Assembly (NCBI GenBank): GCA_032718475.1
Contig: JAUCBJ010007861.1
Span: forward strand, 1 to 63,323
Source of the DNA: Nemertoderma westbladi
Lineage: Eukaryota; Animalia; Xenacoelomorpha
Reading direction: 5' to 3'
DNA length: 63,323 nucleotides
Part shown: one piece after another, positions 1-13,755 of the stretch
How the letters are laid out: the number at the start of each line of letters is the position of its first letter
Numbering within the stretch: position 1 is the stretch's first letter
Position numbers and translations under genes: made by a program
The notes under the pieces: model-generated
Told to the model about the DNA's origin: nothing
The model's input: only the letters and a program-made list of their open reading frames with translations
The model's database searches: none

Positions 1-430
1 AATATCGCACGAAGCAATGTCAGTGTGAAGAGGCAAGTCGTTTCCAAGGTCTACCCAGAGCTTGGTTTAGCCGAGACACGAGGATCTGAACTTTGCATTC
101 CTAATACTCTGCCTACCAATAATACTTGAATATAGTAGTGGCTTTATTGTACTTTAAGAAGTACGGACATTTCATCTTACTGTAGTCACGTATTTATAAT
201 ATGATACGGACAGTAAGGAAAGAGAAAAAATTATTTCTCGCCGTCGCACTAAATATATATTATAAGTAATTACGTACGTAATAAACACTAATATATTGCA
301 CTAATCTACTAAATAATCACTAAAATAACATTCTACTAAATAAAATTGAATAAAAACGATTATAATAAAGTACATAATAAAGTTCGCATATAAAAATATA
401 ACAAAATAGATAAAATCATATAGTCATACA
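1..430 (-). repeat. Putative 3' LTR of BEL-1 (may run off the window)
   Basis: On the minus strand, purine tract GGAGTGGG follows the integrase stop and is immediately followed by TGT at 430; AATAAA at 143-148; no second copy to confirm. Confidence 0.5.
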
Positions 431-445
431 CCCACTCCAGACGTA

Positions 446-2950
446 TTACGTGGGGGAGTCCCTAGATGTTTGAGGAATTAGGGAGGTGGTCGTGGGAAGA
501 GTGTCTTGCCTTCCATAGTTCCCGGAGAGTTCTCTGTCTCTTTCCAGTAAACATAAACGACCAACTGGGCGATTGAGTTGTTGCGTCTCAAAGATTATGC
601 CTGGCTTCTTGAAGTTACGCCGCATGACGATGAGTTCTACCGAGCGTACTAAACCATCATCTGAGATGTGGGTCTCGATGATACGACCTGTCTGCCACCG
701 TTTACGTGGGAGGTCTGGATCTACAATAAGCACCATATCTCCGGCGCTGACGTTTTCTTGCTGCGCAAACCACTTAGTTCGAAGTTGTAGCGTGGGCAGA
801 TAATGTTTCTCGAAATGGTCAGCGAAACGACGGGATAGCAACTGCATAAGTTGCCAAGTTCGACGGCAGTATTCGTCTCCGTCGGCAATCTCCGATCGTG
901 GGAGCATGGCTACAGGTTTCTTCAGTAGGAAGTGCGCGGGTGTTAGCGCTTCCAGGGAATCGGGACTCGATGAGACTGGCATAAGCGGTCTCTCGTTGAG
1001 ATAGGCAGCTATTTCCTCCATTAACGTCCGCAAAAGTTCGTCGGTGAGATACGCGCGGCATGGCACTATAAAGTGAAATGCGGTTTTGACACTTCGAATT
1101 AATCTCTCCCAACTTCCTCCCCACCAAGGGGCGTCGGCGGCGTTGAAGGTCCAGCTAGACGCTGTTATCCTTAGCTGGTCGTCCACCTGTCTTTGGTTCC
1201 AGTCCTTCACATAAGCCTGTATTTCGTTGTTGGCACCAATGAAGTTCGTTCCCTTATCCGATCTCATGGTATTACTCGTCCCGAAGCGAGCGATCTGTCG
1301 TCGTAAACTTAAGACGAAGCTGTTGGTAGATAGATCGTTCACCATATCGAGATGGATGGCTCTACAAGTCATGCACACGAAGATGACACACCATCTCTTG
1401 ACTATAGTCCTAGCACGATATACTTCAATAGGGCCAAATAAATCTACACCAGTATTAGTAAAAGGTGGTTCATAGAAGCTTACTCGTTCCCTAGGTAATT
1501 CTGCCTCTCGCTGTGTTAAAGGCCTACTGAATGCTTTCCTACAGGGTATGCAGTTCCTAAGAACTTGGTTCAGAGCTCTACGGGGTTTATCAAAATAATA
1601 GCGAGTTCGAATTTCGCTAAGAATTCGTTCTCTACCAGCATGATAAAGTTTACTGTGAACATCTACAATCATCTTGATTTGTACTTCAAGATTTCTAATA
1701 AGTATGGGGAATTTGGTGTCAAAGGATAAGGGCGCATTGGTGAGTCTTCCTCCAACACGTATTAACCCATCTATCATTGTGCTCGAGAATCGATCCCTTA
1801 AGCGCATCTGCGGATTTCTTAACAACAGGAAATACTTATCGGAATCCTCATAGCATTGCAGGAGTCTCAGTATCTGCTTATTTGTTTCTTCATGCTCCTG
1901 GTGACTAATTTTCTCCTTTAGAAAACGATCAGATGTCTTATATTTGGGTAAATTTTTAATGACATGAACTTGTGCAGATGTCAATGGAGCGGTATCACTA
2001 GTGGTCTTCGTCCTGGAGTAGTGATGATGAAAACATCGTCTTAAATATGTGACGGCTTTACAGAGCCGATTCCAGGAACTGTAATGATGCATTGCTCTCT
2101 GCAGCATGGGTGAGATTCCTTGCGAGACGTCTGGTATTCCAGATTTCCAATCTCTATCTCTAATTTCCACAACAGACTTATTTGTGTTGAGGGATTGTGG
2201 ATCCGAAGCATCATTCCCGGAAGTATGTAATACAGATAGATCGATAGTCGGTTTAAATAACTTCGATTTACTCGCCCGGGTTTTAGGTTTGACTGTCTCC
2301 GCTCCCTTGGCTTGTCTAATCTCTGCCGTAGTAAGGTGAGGAGGCCATTCATCCTCTTCCTTGCTCAGGAAGTCGGGTCCACCCAACCAATCTGGAGTAT
2401 CTATCAGTTCCTGTGGAGTTGCTCCCCTGGAGGCGATATCGGCTGGATTAATCGTACCAGGGCAATGTCTCCATTGATCTATCTTTGTGCGACTAAGAAT
2501 AATAGCTACTCGGTTAGTAACAAAAACGCTGAACTGACAGACTTCATTGGTTAGATACTCCAACACGAGTAAAGCGTCGGTCCAATAAACCGTTTTCTCC
2601 AGTGGATAGTCGATTTGTTCCGTTACGTTCCGGCCGATGGCTGTAGCGTATAAAGCTGCCTTTAACTCCGCTCGAGGAACCTTTAACTTGTTGTTAATCA
2701 ATGCCTTAGAGGTAACCAAGGCGACTTTGATCCCATCCGGAGTTTCGACTCGCAGATATGCTACTATACCTATTCCCATGTCGCTGGCGTCTCCAAACAC
2801 ATGGAGTTGATAGGAATACGTAGGAAGAACATGGCCAAAATATGCACGGGAAATTATAAAGTTCTCGATGGCAGGTAGAGAATCTTCCCATTTCATCCAT
2901 TTCTTTAACAATTCTCCCTTTAAGCGGATCATCCCATGAGTGGTTTTCAA
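446..2950 (-). pseudogene. BEL-1 pol C-terminal part: RNase H (peptidase A17-like) plus integrase
   Basis: LHVFGDAS, PRAEL, WTDA, NPADIASRG; HHCC region; GVDLFGP, SDKGTNF, PWWGGSWERL; joined to the RT ORF by a frameshift near 2916 (WDDPLKG/ELLKKW). Confidence 0.92.
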
Positions 2951-5720
2951 GCCACATTTGTTGTACTAAACTCCGAGCAATCAATATAACTGGGCTAATA
3001 AATCCCAATGGGTCGAAATAAGTGCTCAGGATGCTTAAACAAATCCGTTTGGTCCGAACTGGATTATCTCGCTGTTTTAACTGAAAAAACAGGATGTCTC
3101 TTTCAGTGTCCCACTTCAAGCCTAGCGTCTTGGTTTCAGGAAGATCGTCCTTTATTAAGTCTAGGTCTTTCGTTCCTCGGTCTTCTACCGGTATGGCTTC
3201 CAGAAACTCACGGGAGTTGCTAGTGAATTTCGTCAGTCGAAATCCACCTCTTTTCAAACACTCTACCGTTCCTTTCGCGACAGCTATGGCTTCTTCTACT
3301 GATGGAAGGGACCTTAAATTGTCGTCCATGTATATATTGCGTTTTATGTTGTCTATCACTTCTTTTGAGAAGGAGTCTCGGTTGTCATTCGCAGTGGTTC
3401 GCACCACGGAGCAGGCGTTGGAAGGGCTTGATATGATTCCAAAAGCCTGGATGGTCATCCAATATTCTACCGGTTTCTGATTGAGGTCTCCTTCAGGCCA
3501 CCACAGAAATCTCAGGCTGTCTCTATCTCTATCCAGCGCCTTGACTTGTAAGAACATTCCTTCTATATCTGAGGCGAACGCGATGGAATATTGTCTTAAT
3601 CTTAAAAGTATTCCCAACAAAGATTGGAGTAAGTTGGGTCCTGGTAACAACTCGGAATTGAGGGATTGGCCCATATATAGAGCAGAGCCATCGAATACGA
3701 CTCGGACTTCATGGGGTTTACCGGGTTTGGGAACGTAATGATGTGTTAAGTAATACGTTCTCTCAGTCACTGGTGTTCCTTCAGGTACTCGCTCCGCGTA
3801 TCCCTTTGTTATAAATTTCTTCAGCTGAGTTTGGTACATTTCTTTCGCTGAAGCATTAGCTGTAAGTCGTCGATGTAATTGAGCGATTCTTTTCTCTGCC
3901 AAAGGTCTGTTATTTATAAATCTAGGTTCTCGTTTTCGAAATGGTAGGCCGATTTCATATCTACCTTGGTCTTTTAAAAAACGTGTAGTTGTTTCCTGGA
4001 TTTGCTTGGCTCTTTCTTCTTCTATCGATAGAGCCTTATCATATGAATTGGGCTCTACCAGTTCCTGAGTAAAGAATCGTACGGCTAGTTCGTCCCGAGT
4101 TCTAGCGTTGTAGCGTTCTATCTCATCGTTTAGTTCGTCATTGTAAGCGATGGGTTCCGATGGGCGAATCAGTTGACATAGGTTCACCTGATTTTTCCAA
4201 GTTTGGTTTTCTGTAAGTAGGTCGATTGTGTTCTCTTCATCGAAGAGTTGGTAGATGTCGTCATTATCTGAGGAGTATGGTGTTCTCTCAGTTAGTTCGT
4301 CCACCTCACTGCTCTCCACTTCCCAATCGTTTACTTGGTATATTTGTTCTTGGGGCATTCTCTCTTCGAGAGTCCTGCGGGAAGGGCCAGTAAAGTACCA
4401 ACCTACTCTAGTTCTTACCGCATAGGTTTGCAGTGGCTGTGGTTGAGCAGGCCGTTTCTCCAATGTTTCGAGCGCTTCATGCGCGTTTTGGCCGATGAGT
4501 ATTTGCACTCCAGGATAATCTGTCTGGAATCGAGGTATCTTAAGATGTTGGATGCTCTCATCCTCGTCCCAATTATAAAGGTCTGCTTGAGTAGTAGCGA
4601 AGTTCTTTATAGCCACCATTTTTACCGACCTTATACCTTGTGCTCCTAACTTATCCTGGGGGGTGGACAACACACCTACATAGTAATCTGCCGTTAGGGT
4701 AGATTTCCAAACCTGCATAATTCCTGACATATTCAATTTAGTCCGGAACTTGGGTTGTCCAGCAAAGATATCTTCGGCTAGTTCTTGATCGATGAATGTT
4801 CCTGTGCTGCCGGAGTCAAGGAGGGCGTTCACTATGTAACTTTTGTTAAGACCGTGAATTCTTACCTGCACTACAGGAAATTCTCTGATTCCTACGTTGG
4901 AAGTTGGAGCTTTCCAAGATGGTTGTTTGGCAAAAGTAGTTGGGGGAAACTCATCGTTGGTGTCCTTTTCATAAGTAAGTGCTCGATACACTGCGGTATT
5001 GATTAGATAACAGGATTCGTTGGCGTCGGAGAATTCGTCAGTATAGAATCCTTCCATCTCAGATTCTTGATCAGTGTTATTTACATCACTGAATTGGACA
5101 TGTAGTTCGGGCTCACTTACCTGACTCAGTTTGTCTCGTTCGAACTCACTGTGTAACAAGATGTGATGTTTCGCGCCACACTTTGCACACTTTATATCGG
5201 AGTAACAGGTTCGCCGTTGGTGTCCTGGTCTGAGGCAATTATAGCATAACCGCTTGTCCCACACGACTGCACGTCTGTCTACAAGGGATTTCTTTAGAAA
5301 TTCAGCACACGCACTCAAACGGTGGGTCCCGTCGCACAATGCACAGTTAGGTTTTATGTTACTCACTTTACCTTGGGTAACTTGATGCACTCTCGTTTTT
5401 TCTTCGGGTTTTCTTCGGTGCATTCTGTTAGGAGACTGAGGAGGGGTCTTGACAACCTGTTCTCTCCTATCATTGTTTCGAGCCTTGTATTTACTTACAT
5501 CTTTTGAGGTTTTTTCAACGTAGTAAGATCTCTCAGTGTCTTTCCCGCTGTCCTCTTCTTGAGAAGCTTGGCTTTCGCCGTCGTCAGTGTAACACACCGG
5601 TGTTACTCTTCTCCTAGAAGCGGGTTTCTCACTTACCTTATTTTCCGATGTTTTCTCTCTGGACTGCTTGATGAGTTGTAGTTTTACTTCACCATCTAAG
5701 AAGGACATGAGATCAGTCAT
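2706..5720 (-). pseudogene. BEL-1 gag zinc knuckles plus aspartic protease plus reverse transcriptase
   Basis: CALCDGTHRLSAC, CYNCLRPGHQRRTC, CAKCGAKHHILLH; ALLDSGS; RVVFDGS, SDIEGMFLQV, YMDD. Confidence 0.93.
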
Positions 5721-5729
5721 GGTAGGGCT

Positions 5730-7115
5730 TCATCGTTGTTGTTCATTCATGTACAACACTTTCTTGTCCCAACGTGTACATACTCCACCCTTGGGTAAAG
5801 TAGAGACTATGGCTCCAATAACCATTGAACTCTGATATTCATGAGACTTACCTAACCAGTCCAATTGTCTACAGATCTCCTGAATTTCATCGGAAAACTC
5901 TATAATCCCGCTACTAAGGAAGTGTCGGGGGGCTACTAATTTTGCATACAAATACTTAGCTATGTTATCCTTGTTACCATACCTGATGTTTAATGTATCC
6001 CAAACTTGTCTTAATCCATCTGGATGTCCAATAAACTTTAACGCCATTAACCTTGGAGGTCCTTCCAAGCACTTGATGAGGAACCTAAGTTTCTCTCCGT
6101 TAGATAGCACAGAGTTCTGTATGCTGTCTTTGTAATATTCGTTGAAAGGTAACCATTTCATCTCATCTCCATTGAATTTGACGATCTCTCCCACTTTAAC
6201 CGCTTGGCGAGCTTCTGTTCTAGCCATCTGACGCGTAAAGCTCTCTTGGGCCATCGTGTTATTTAATATCGAATTATCGGTATATAAATTTCTCGGATCA
6301 TTGTCAGGTCTATAGGGGATATCATTAATAACAGGTCTATAATCACCCTTAATAGGGTTTGCTATAGGAGTTTCAACTTCACTAGCAGTATAGATGCGTG
6401 TAGGCTCCACACCTTGCGCATGTAATACTTCAGACCTAACAGGTTGACACAATGTTACAGGGGGTATTGGCTTTCCCTTTTGGATATTGACTAATTTGTC
6501 GCGTTCTAGCGCGATACTTTGCTGCACTTCTTGCAATTCGGCCCTACTTTCCCTTACTGTTCCCTTAAGTTGGTAGACAGTCTCCTGCATCTGTCCGAGC
6601 AGGAGATTCATCCCCCGCCGTCCCTCTTCTACCCACTCGACCGCCGAAGCGGGAGTCGCCAACATTGTAGCGGGCTGACGTGGGACGACGGGAGACAAAT
6701 CTTTGATTTCTCTCTCAGCTTCCAGGACAGGGATATTCTCATGGACTGTTCTACCGGGTACAGGCAGTGTAGTACTGTGTAAAGGGAATTTAGAGTTAAG
6801 CTCTGGCAGTACAGGGGTCTCTAGCACAGTAGTGGCTTTGGGAACGACAGGCCCAATTATTTCAGGCTCATCAACTATTGTAGGGAGTCTTTTGACCTTA
6901 ATAATTTGGTCTGTAGGTTCTATACTACCTAAGTCTGGGCTAGCTAGTTGTCTTCTAACCGCTGGAGGCAAATCAGGCAATTTGTGACGGTAAGATGTTT
7001 TTCTACGCCTGCTTAGACGAGATCTATTTCCTCCGCCTTCAGGATCGGTGGTTTCGCTTTCCTCCGATGACGTATATCCCTGGCGTTTGGGAGTAGATTT
7101 TCTCATCATCTGCAT
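5730..7115 (-). pseudogene. BEL-1 gag (DUF1759-like), in frame with the 2706..5720 ORF across one TGA
   Basis: KFNGDEMKWLPF...EKLRFLIKCLEG...RYGN is typical of BEL Gag; TGA at 5730-5732 lies three codons before the ATG at 5720 in the same frame. Confidence 0.85.
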
Positions 7116-7134
7116 GTGACTAGCAGTTAACTGT

Positions 7135-8441
7135 TCAGTTAACTGCTTCTGCCATTGCCGCTGCCGCCTTTCTTTCCGCTTCTGCTTCTGCCATTGCCGC
7201 TGCTACCGCTGCTGCCTTTCGGTCCTCTATCCGTTTTTTCTTTACTAGTTCTTCTTGGACTCTAGTGAGGCGAAGTTTTTCATCAAACTCAGCTTGGTTA
7301 GCAGCTAACATCTCAGCATCGATTGAGTCTAACACACTCTGGGTTCCTTCACTATTAGGGGAAAGTCCAGACAGCCGTCTCCTCAACTCTTCGTCTCCTA
7401 GGAATCGCTGATAGTCGGACAGATAAATGTCGATGGCGTCTCTCGTTCGTGGTCTCTCTGCGGTCTCTTCGCCTTCCACTTGAGGAAGGGTGACATCGGT
7501 TGGTTCGTCATAGGTTCGTCTCTCAGACAACTGGGATTTCCACTGGTCTGTTTCTTGTACTTGGAGACCTACCCGCTGGAACCAAGTTTTGACAGCAACC
7601 TGCAGCGACGTGTCCTGACCCGCTGGAACCAAGTTTTGACAGCAACCTGCAGCGACGTGTCCTGTCTTCTTTTGGAAGTTTCCTCAAAATCAGATAGGAT
7701 TAGTCGAATGCGTAGGGTTCTTTCGCGTACTTGATATAGCAGTTCTTCCTGCTCTTGAGGTCCTTGGGGTTGTCGAAACAGTTGTTCTTCTAATCGCTCT
7801 AAGGAGCCGAAGAATCCCTGCACATATCCTGCTGCCGACCTCTTCCAAACAGCTGGATCCATCGTATCTTTAGCCACTCCCATCCTGTGTATATCTTCCC
7901 AAGTAGCCTCGGACAGATCTAACGGGAGTCCGGGTCCGGGAAAGTTCCATTGTGACTCGACAATAGACATCAATTCTTCCCTGGCGTATCCCGCATAATT
8001 ATCTTGGGTCGCTCGCTTATTTCTCGCCCAATCGGCTTGATGTTCATCCACCGCAATCAATATAGTAGTTAGCACTGCGGCAGGAAGGGTGAGAAGGGGG
8101 TCCGAGTAGGCTTTAGCCGCCATCTGCAATCCGCGTTCGGGGGTCAGCTCGACAGTATCCGAATTACTGGAGCTATCGGATCGCTGGGAACAAGTTTCTT
8201 GACTAGGCTGTTGCTGCTGTGAGACAGCTGCTTCCTGGTTCCGTTTGACTTGGGCCCGAGTGCCGATGATAGACCTACGGTGTTGGATTAGCTTAGGGTC
8301 TGATACTACTACTGGAGGGATGACCTTTCTTTCAGTAGGAGGTGAGCTGAACTCCTTTCTTAATCGCTCCACACTCCTATCTGTGTCACAGATGGTTGTA
8401 TCTATTAGACTGTCTGACAGGTTTTGCTGAGTGTCAGACAT
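7135..8441 (-). pseudogene. BEL-1 N-terminal gag extension, split by a 47-bp duplication
   Basis: ORFs 7569..8441 and 7135..7632 both contain QDTSLQVAVKTWFQRV and fuse if one 47-bp copy is removed. Confidence 0.65.
7571..7664. repeat. Exact 47-bp tandem duplication
   Basis: acccgctggaaccaagttttgacagcaacctgcagcgacgtgtcctg at 7571 and 7618. Confidence 0.95.
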
Positions 8442-9786
8442 GTTTAGCTATACAGTTGAATGCTTACTGCTATAGTTACAGTTAAAGCAAGTCTAGTAAT
8501 TCAGTATGACCGTTGGCCTAGTACCGGTAATTTATTGCAGTATATTAGAATACCGGTATGCACTTATAATATATATAAGTACTGTAAACTAGTTTTGTCA
8601 CAGAGTACCGGTATATAAATTTAGCACAAATATATATAAATATATAATAGGCCTATCGTGAATACCGGTATACAGCTTACACTTATAGTATATAAGTATA
8701 ATTATGAACTAGAATTAATTACAGAATACCGGTATGATTTCCGCTCAAATTTATAGAAATAAATATAATAAGCCTATGGTAAATACCGGTATGTCAATTA
8801 TTTTAGAATAATTGAATTTCTGAATATTTTAGGGTTACTTGGTTACTTTAACTTACTTTGTTACCGTTATTTAAGCAGTAGTCCAACTGATATTGAGACC
8901 TAGTTGTTGTATGGCAGGCCTACTATTTATAAATCGTTTGAGTTGATTTATAATAGATATATACCCGTTTAAAATGGGTTTTGTCAATATTTGAAATAAA
9001 TGTTATTATTTCTGGGGGGGTCACTACACAGAAGCTGTGCGCTCTCAGTGAAGTGCTATTTATTTGACACTAAAACTGATAATTCTAATTTACCTAAGTT
9101 ACTTAATACTACAAATTACTTACGATACGGGTGAGATTAATTCTCTAATTAAACACAACAAAAAATATTACGTACGAATTTTTAGGGTAATTTTACAGGA
9201 AGTCTACAACCAGTCTAACAAAGGGTTAGAATTCTGGTTTATTACAACGGACAGGGTACTACGGTATTTGAAAATAATAAGTAGTAGTAAATATATTGCA
9301 CTGTCCAGATAGGAAAATACCACCGCCTGACGACCTATAGCCGTATCGCTATAGGTACTACGTTATGTATCACGGAGTGTTCCTACCTAGAAGTTAATTA
9401 CCGCGGACTACCAGATCCAGCGTGCCTATTAACCACTTTACAACACAAATATACTGCCTACACACTAATTACTTTCGGAAAGCACTGTACACTAAACCCT
9501 AAATTAGGTACAAGTACTGGTACAACAAATAATCAGTAGTTAAATATACTTGAACAGTTAAAAGAACCACGGCATCTGCTGGAGTGACCAGAGCACAAAG
9601 TCACCAGTCTTGTCCTACGCCAAGCAGCCCGTGTAGTACCGGGGTTAATTTAACTATAACAGTATGTGTAACAAACACAATTACTGTAGGAATAAACTTG
9701 GGGACATGAATGTTGCGAATAATCGCATAAACTCTGAATAATAAATATTACGCTACCCGTACAGAATACTCAAACAAAATACAAAC

Positions 9787-10330
9787 CAAACGCTGGCAGA
9801 CTACCACCAAGCCTAAATAAACTACTGCATGTGCAGATTCCAAAACGGTTAGTTAGTATGCGTTCTAACACGGTAGTACGACTTATTCTTTAAGAGGGGA
9901 TTGACCTTACAGCTATGGCTGCCCCAACTTACTAACTGGCACTTTATCAGACAAACTCTACACAAGCAGCAATCTCTTCAGACCTAATAATAGCTAGACA
10001 ACAATCCAGCCTACAAATATCTGAGTAATAACTATTACGGTACCTGAACAGACCACACAAACAAACACAGGCCAAAACGCTGGCAGAATACTGTCAAGCC
10101 TAAATAAACTACAGTATGTGCAGATTCCAAAATTGTTAGTTAGTATGCGTTCTAACACGGTAGTACGACTTATTCTTTAAGAGGGGATTGACCTTACAGC
10201 TATGGCTGCCCCAACTTACTAACTGGCACTCTATCGGACAAACTCTACTCACGCCGCAATCTCTCCAAACTCAACAACAATCCGACAACAGTCCGGCCTA
10301 CAGTTATCTGAACAATCTGAGCAGACTTAC
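9787..10330. repeat. Imperfect tandem duplication, period ~287 bp, in the BEL-1 leader
   Basis: cgctggcaga at 9791 and 10078; taagagggga at 9891 and 10178; long identical core between them. Confidence 0.85.
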
Positions 10331-10483
10331 ACGTCTTCAGCTCAATATTAACTTACTAGGAAATAAAACTGACAGAAATAAACCTAAGTAAAATCCCAAT
10401 AAAAACCAGGCGTCCCCGATTTAATATCGAGACCTACCGGTATACAATAATCAAAATCGAATAATACTAATGTACTTATACTG

Positions 10484-10610
10484 GAAGTACCGGTTAGGAC
10501 AGTTGGGCCTACGGACCTACAGAAGTACCGGTTCTGATAGTTGGACCTACGGACCTACAGCAGTACCGGTTCTGGCAGTTGGGCCTACTGACCTACAGAA
10601 GTACCGGTTC
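10484..10610. repeat. 38-bp tandem repeat, ~3.3 copies
   Basis: gaagtaccggttctgatagttggacctacggacctaca variants at 10484, 10522, 10560, 10598. Confidence 0.9.
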
Positions 10611-11937
10611 AGGTTTACCGGTTGACCGGTACTTTCAACTTTATTGCTTACTGCAATAAAGTCTATAACTGTTATTGTACGCGCTTTTGAAGACCTTTGG
10701 CAGTTTAACCTGCCAAAATTTATATGTCTTTTGGTTTATAAATAGACTTTAGAAGATGACAAATATTTAATACCAATAAACACAACATTAGCAGAAGCCA
10801 GCCTAGTGCGCGTCCATTCACCCGCTGGATATTCCCGGGAGACTGGATTCTGAGGGCTTAGATTATTATTGCAGTGTAAGCTTACTGTACTGTATTATTC
10901 GATTGATCGTTAATAATTAATTTCTGACTAATATTATTCACTTTCGGGAAATATTAACAGTTCCTTTAGGACGTGGCGCTCTATCTAGGTAAACAGAGAT
11001 ATGACTTATACTAATCACAACGGTAAGTCGGTAAGGCTTATGATTCACGTATGAGGCGCATTCTTTAGGAAATGCTTAGTTATCAATCACAATCATGCAC
11101 ACTACCGGTAACACACAATACTGCTCACTAATTTGCCGACCGTCAATGAATTTTATCATATATAAAGCGAACAGCAATTGACTCATGTAGGGCTTATCAA
11201 ATAGCATTAAATTCACTACAAACCACAACAATATAAGTCGCAATCGCTATATATAACCCGCCTCTCTAACCTGTAGTGTATCAAGAAAATTGGGAAATTT
11301 GGGTTCTTTATATATGTTCTCCAAATAATATTCAACCAAAACACAACAGTAAATAGCAGTATAATAATGTATGTTGAACCGATAATGCAAGAATAGAAAC
11401 AAGTTGATATAAATTGATATATGATGTGTTATGATAACAGTTATACGCTCTATAATTTAAGCCTACTAATGTTTCTTCTAAAGTATGAAACGAATTGACT
11501 CTAGAGCCGTTGTTCCTGGCCTAGATAGCAACAACAACAAAGTATCAAGTAAAAAACAGTAAGACTGAACACTCCCAGTAATCGGCCGAAAGCTCCACAT
11601 CGACAGAAAACATCGCTCTGATTGGCTTAAGCTAAACAAAGAACCATGTGGCCAATGGCTGTTTCCATGTCAGCAACCAGCTGTTAGATGTCGTAATATG
11701 AATCATCACGGCTAAGCTGTGAAAGGTATTTGGTGCATTGCAGGTTTTTTGCCTTACCATGTCCGCCAAAACACGTATATAGCAGAATGACTTTTATGTC
11801 CGTTAAAACACCTATAACGGTACCTTGCGGGCGAGGGGAATATATATATAGTTATAGAGCCTTTTAGAGTATTCCAGCGCCTAGGGGGGAAAACTGGATT
11901 GCGAAGCAAAAGGGCCAGTTACATCCCACAGAAGCTT

Positions 11938-13725
11938 TTACAGTTTGGCACCCTCCTTTAAGTCAACGTGCATCGGTTCTCCAACCATGGTGGACAAAGG
12001 TTCATCTACATCGTCGAACACATCCGCGTATTCGCATAGAATTTCGTCGCGAACTCGGGGATTTAACGGTTCCGCTGTAGATTTGATTGAGTTTATGGCT
12101 TGTGGGAAATCTGGTGGAAGAATGTTAAGGTTCACGAGCAGCCGGAGGTTTAGGATTATGCCATCAATTTCCGGGGATACGACAATTAAAGCCGTTGTTT
12201 CGAATCCATCATAGGAAATTATAGAAGGAAATATTCCCGCGATTTGTAGCGGGCTTTGGTTCGCGGCTCGCAGTTGAGGGTCGTCGGTGGGATATGGTAG
12301 TAGATCTACATCGCAGCCCCCCATGGCGTTGTACAGTTTGTGGCTGAACATTGTAGCCGCCGCGCCGCTGTCCGGTAAAGCTCGTTTAACAGTTCCGAGT
12401 GGTTCTCCGGATACTTGTTTTAGATCCACACTTATACATTTAAGTGGGCAGGTGGCGGGCGGAAATTCAGTTCCGTTAATGGAAATCGAGTTTACTCCAG
12501 TGTTTGAATAAACCTCTGGAAGTATCGAGTTTACACGAAGTGACTGTGGCGGCTGATCCCTGGAACCAGGTTTACCGCGATTACCTGAATGGGATTGTTT
12601 CTGATTGGAATGGCAAACACCCCTATAATGTCCAACCTTCCGACAGGATTTACAAACAGCGTCCTTGGCGGGGCAGTTTGGTCTGCCCCCCGCGTGGTTT
12701 CGCCCGCACCACAGACATGCTTGATCCGGGCTGGGTTGTTGCGAGTTCGTCTGCTGAGATGTCCGGGAAGCCGATTTCTCGCGCCGGTAATTCGACGTCA
12801 CTTTAGCGACGGGACAGCCTCGACCGATAATGGAGTCGTTCCATTCGCTCGCCTCCATCGATTGGGAGATCCAGACGCAGTCATCAAGGGAAGGTTGCGG
12901 AAGAACCTTCAGGAGCTCCATCCGCATCTCTGAAGATCGGATCCTGACCAGAATCTGCGTCACAGAGTTCGGCGTCGTCCGCCAACTCCTCGAGGGCGAT
13001 GCGGAAGGTGTCGATGGACTCGTTGGCTCCCTGCCTCCGGTTGTGGAAACGGATCCCACCGATGGCGATGCTTCTCTTCAACCGGAGGTGGGCCTGGAGA
13101 TCGTCGAGGATGGAGTCCACCGTCGACTCCGGAGCGTCGATGTTGACATGGAGAGTCACTGTCATCGTTCACTGGAGGTCCCGTCCGAGAGCGGAAATGA
13201 GGGCGTAGACCTGCTCATCTCGGGGGAATGTGGAGGCCTGCTGGCGGTGCGCGTGGACGCGCCAGGTCTCTCTCCAGCGATGGAACGGAGTGAATTCGAT
13301 GTCGCCATCAATCTTCTCTAGCCCGGATATATCTATCACGCGACGTCAAGGTTTGGGTTGCGCGGGAGCTGGATGTCCCACGGCGGCGGCGGGGCCACGG
13401 GGGGTGCAGCAGCAGCACTGTGTTGGCCCTGGAGGGCAGCGATTAGTTGCATCATCCGTGCATCGGAGTCGGCTCGTTGTTGGAGGGCGTCGGCCTGGTG
13501 CTGTGCCAAATGCGCATTTGCGTCGACCTGTGCCTTCAACATTAACTGGGTCAGTTGATCGAATCTGTCATCATCCGCGTGTGCTCGTTGCTGTTCCAGT
13601 TCGTGTCGCATATCTGATTCGATCCTTGTACCGATCCGCTGGATCGGCATTAACCGAGTCGATGAATCCACGTTATCGTCTTTGCCTGCGGCGGCTAAAT
13701 TTTTAGCACCGCGTTTAGGAGGCAT
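11938..13725 (-). pseudogene. Ty3/Gypsy (Mag-like) gag-protease, frameshifted and truncated at the start of RT (Gypsy-1)
   Basis: RFHNRRQGANESIDTF gag motif; knuckles CLWCGRNH..C and CKSCRKVGHYRGVC; protease LPDSGA; YADVFD...MHVDLKEGAK, then abrupt end. Confidence 0.88.
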
Positions 13726-13744
13726 CGTTCAGTTCATAAATAAA

Positions 13745-13755
13745 TCACTGCGCCA
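13745..13755 (-). promoter_or_regulatory. Primer-binding site TGGCGCAGTGA (tRNA-Ser-like) of Gypsy-1
   Basis: Identical to the PBS at 32990 of Gypsy-2; about 20 nt upstream of the gag ATG. Confidence 0.7.

Larger units (their letters stand above)
1..8441 (-). mobile_element. BEL/Pao LTR retrotransposon (BEL-1), lightly degraded; 5' leader probably extends to ~11 kb; no matching 5' LTR found
   Basis: Domain order Gag(DUF1759-like)-3xCCHC-protease-RT-RNase H-integrase across ORFs from 8441 down to 446, with BEL-type motifs. Confidence 0.93.

Noticed and set aside
2900-2950. Programmed ribosomal frameshift in BEL-1 pol
   Set aside because: It falls inside the conserved RT/RNase H connection; BEL elements normally use one ORF, so a 1-nt indel is simpler
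573-8430. Short plus-strand ORFs opposite BEL-1 (and similar ORFs opposite Gypsy-1 and BEL-2)
   Set aside because: Antisense shadows of TE coding sequence with no recognisable motifs
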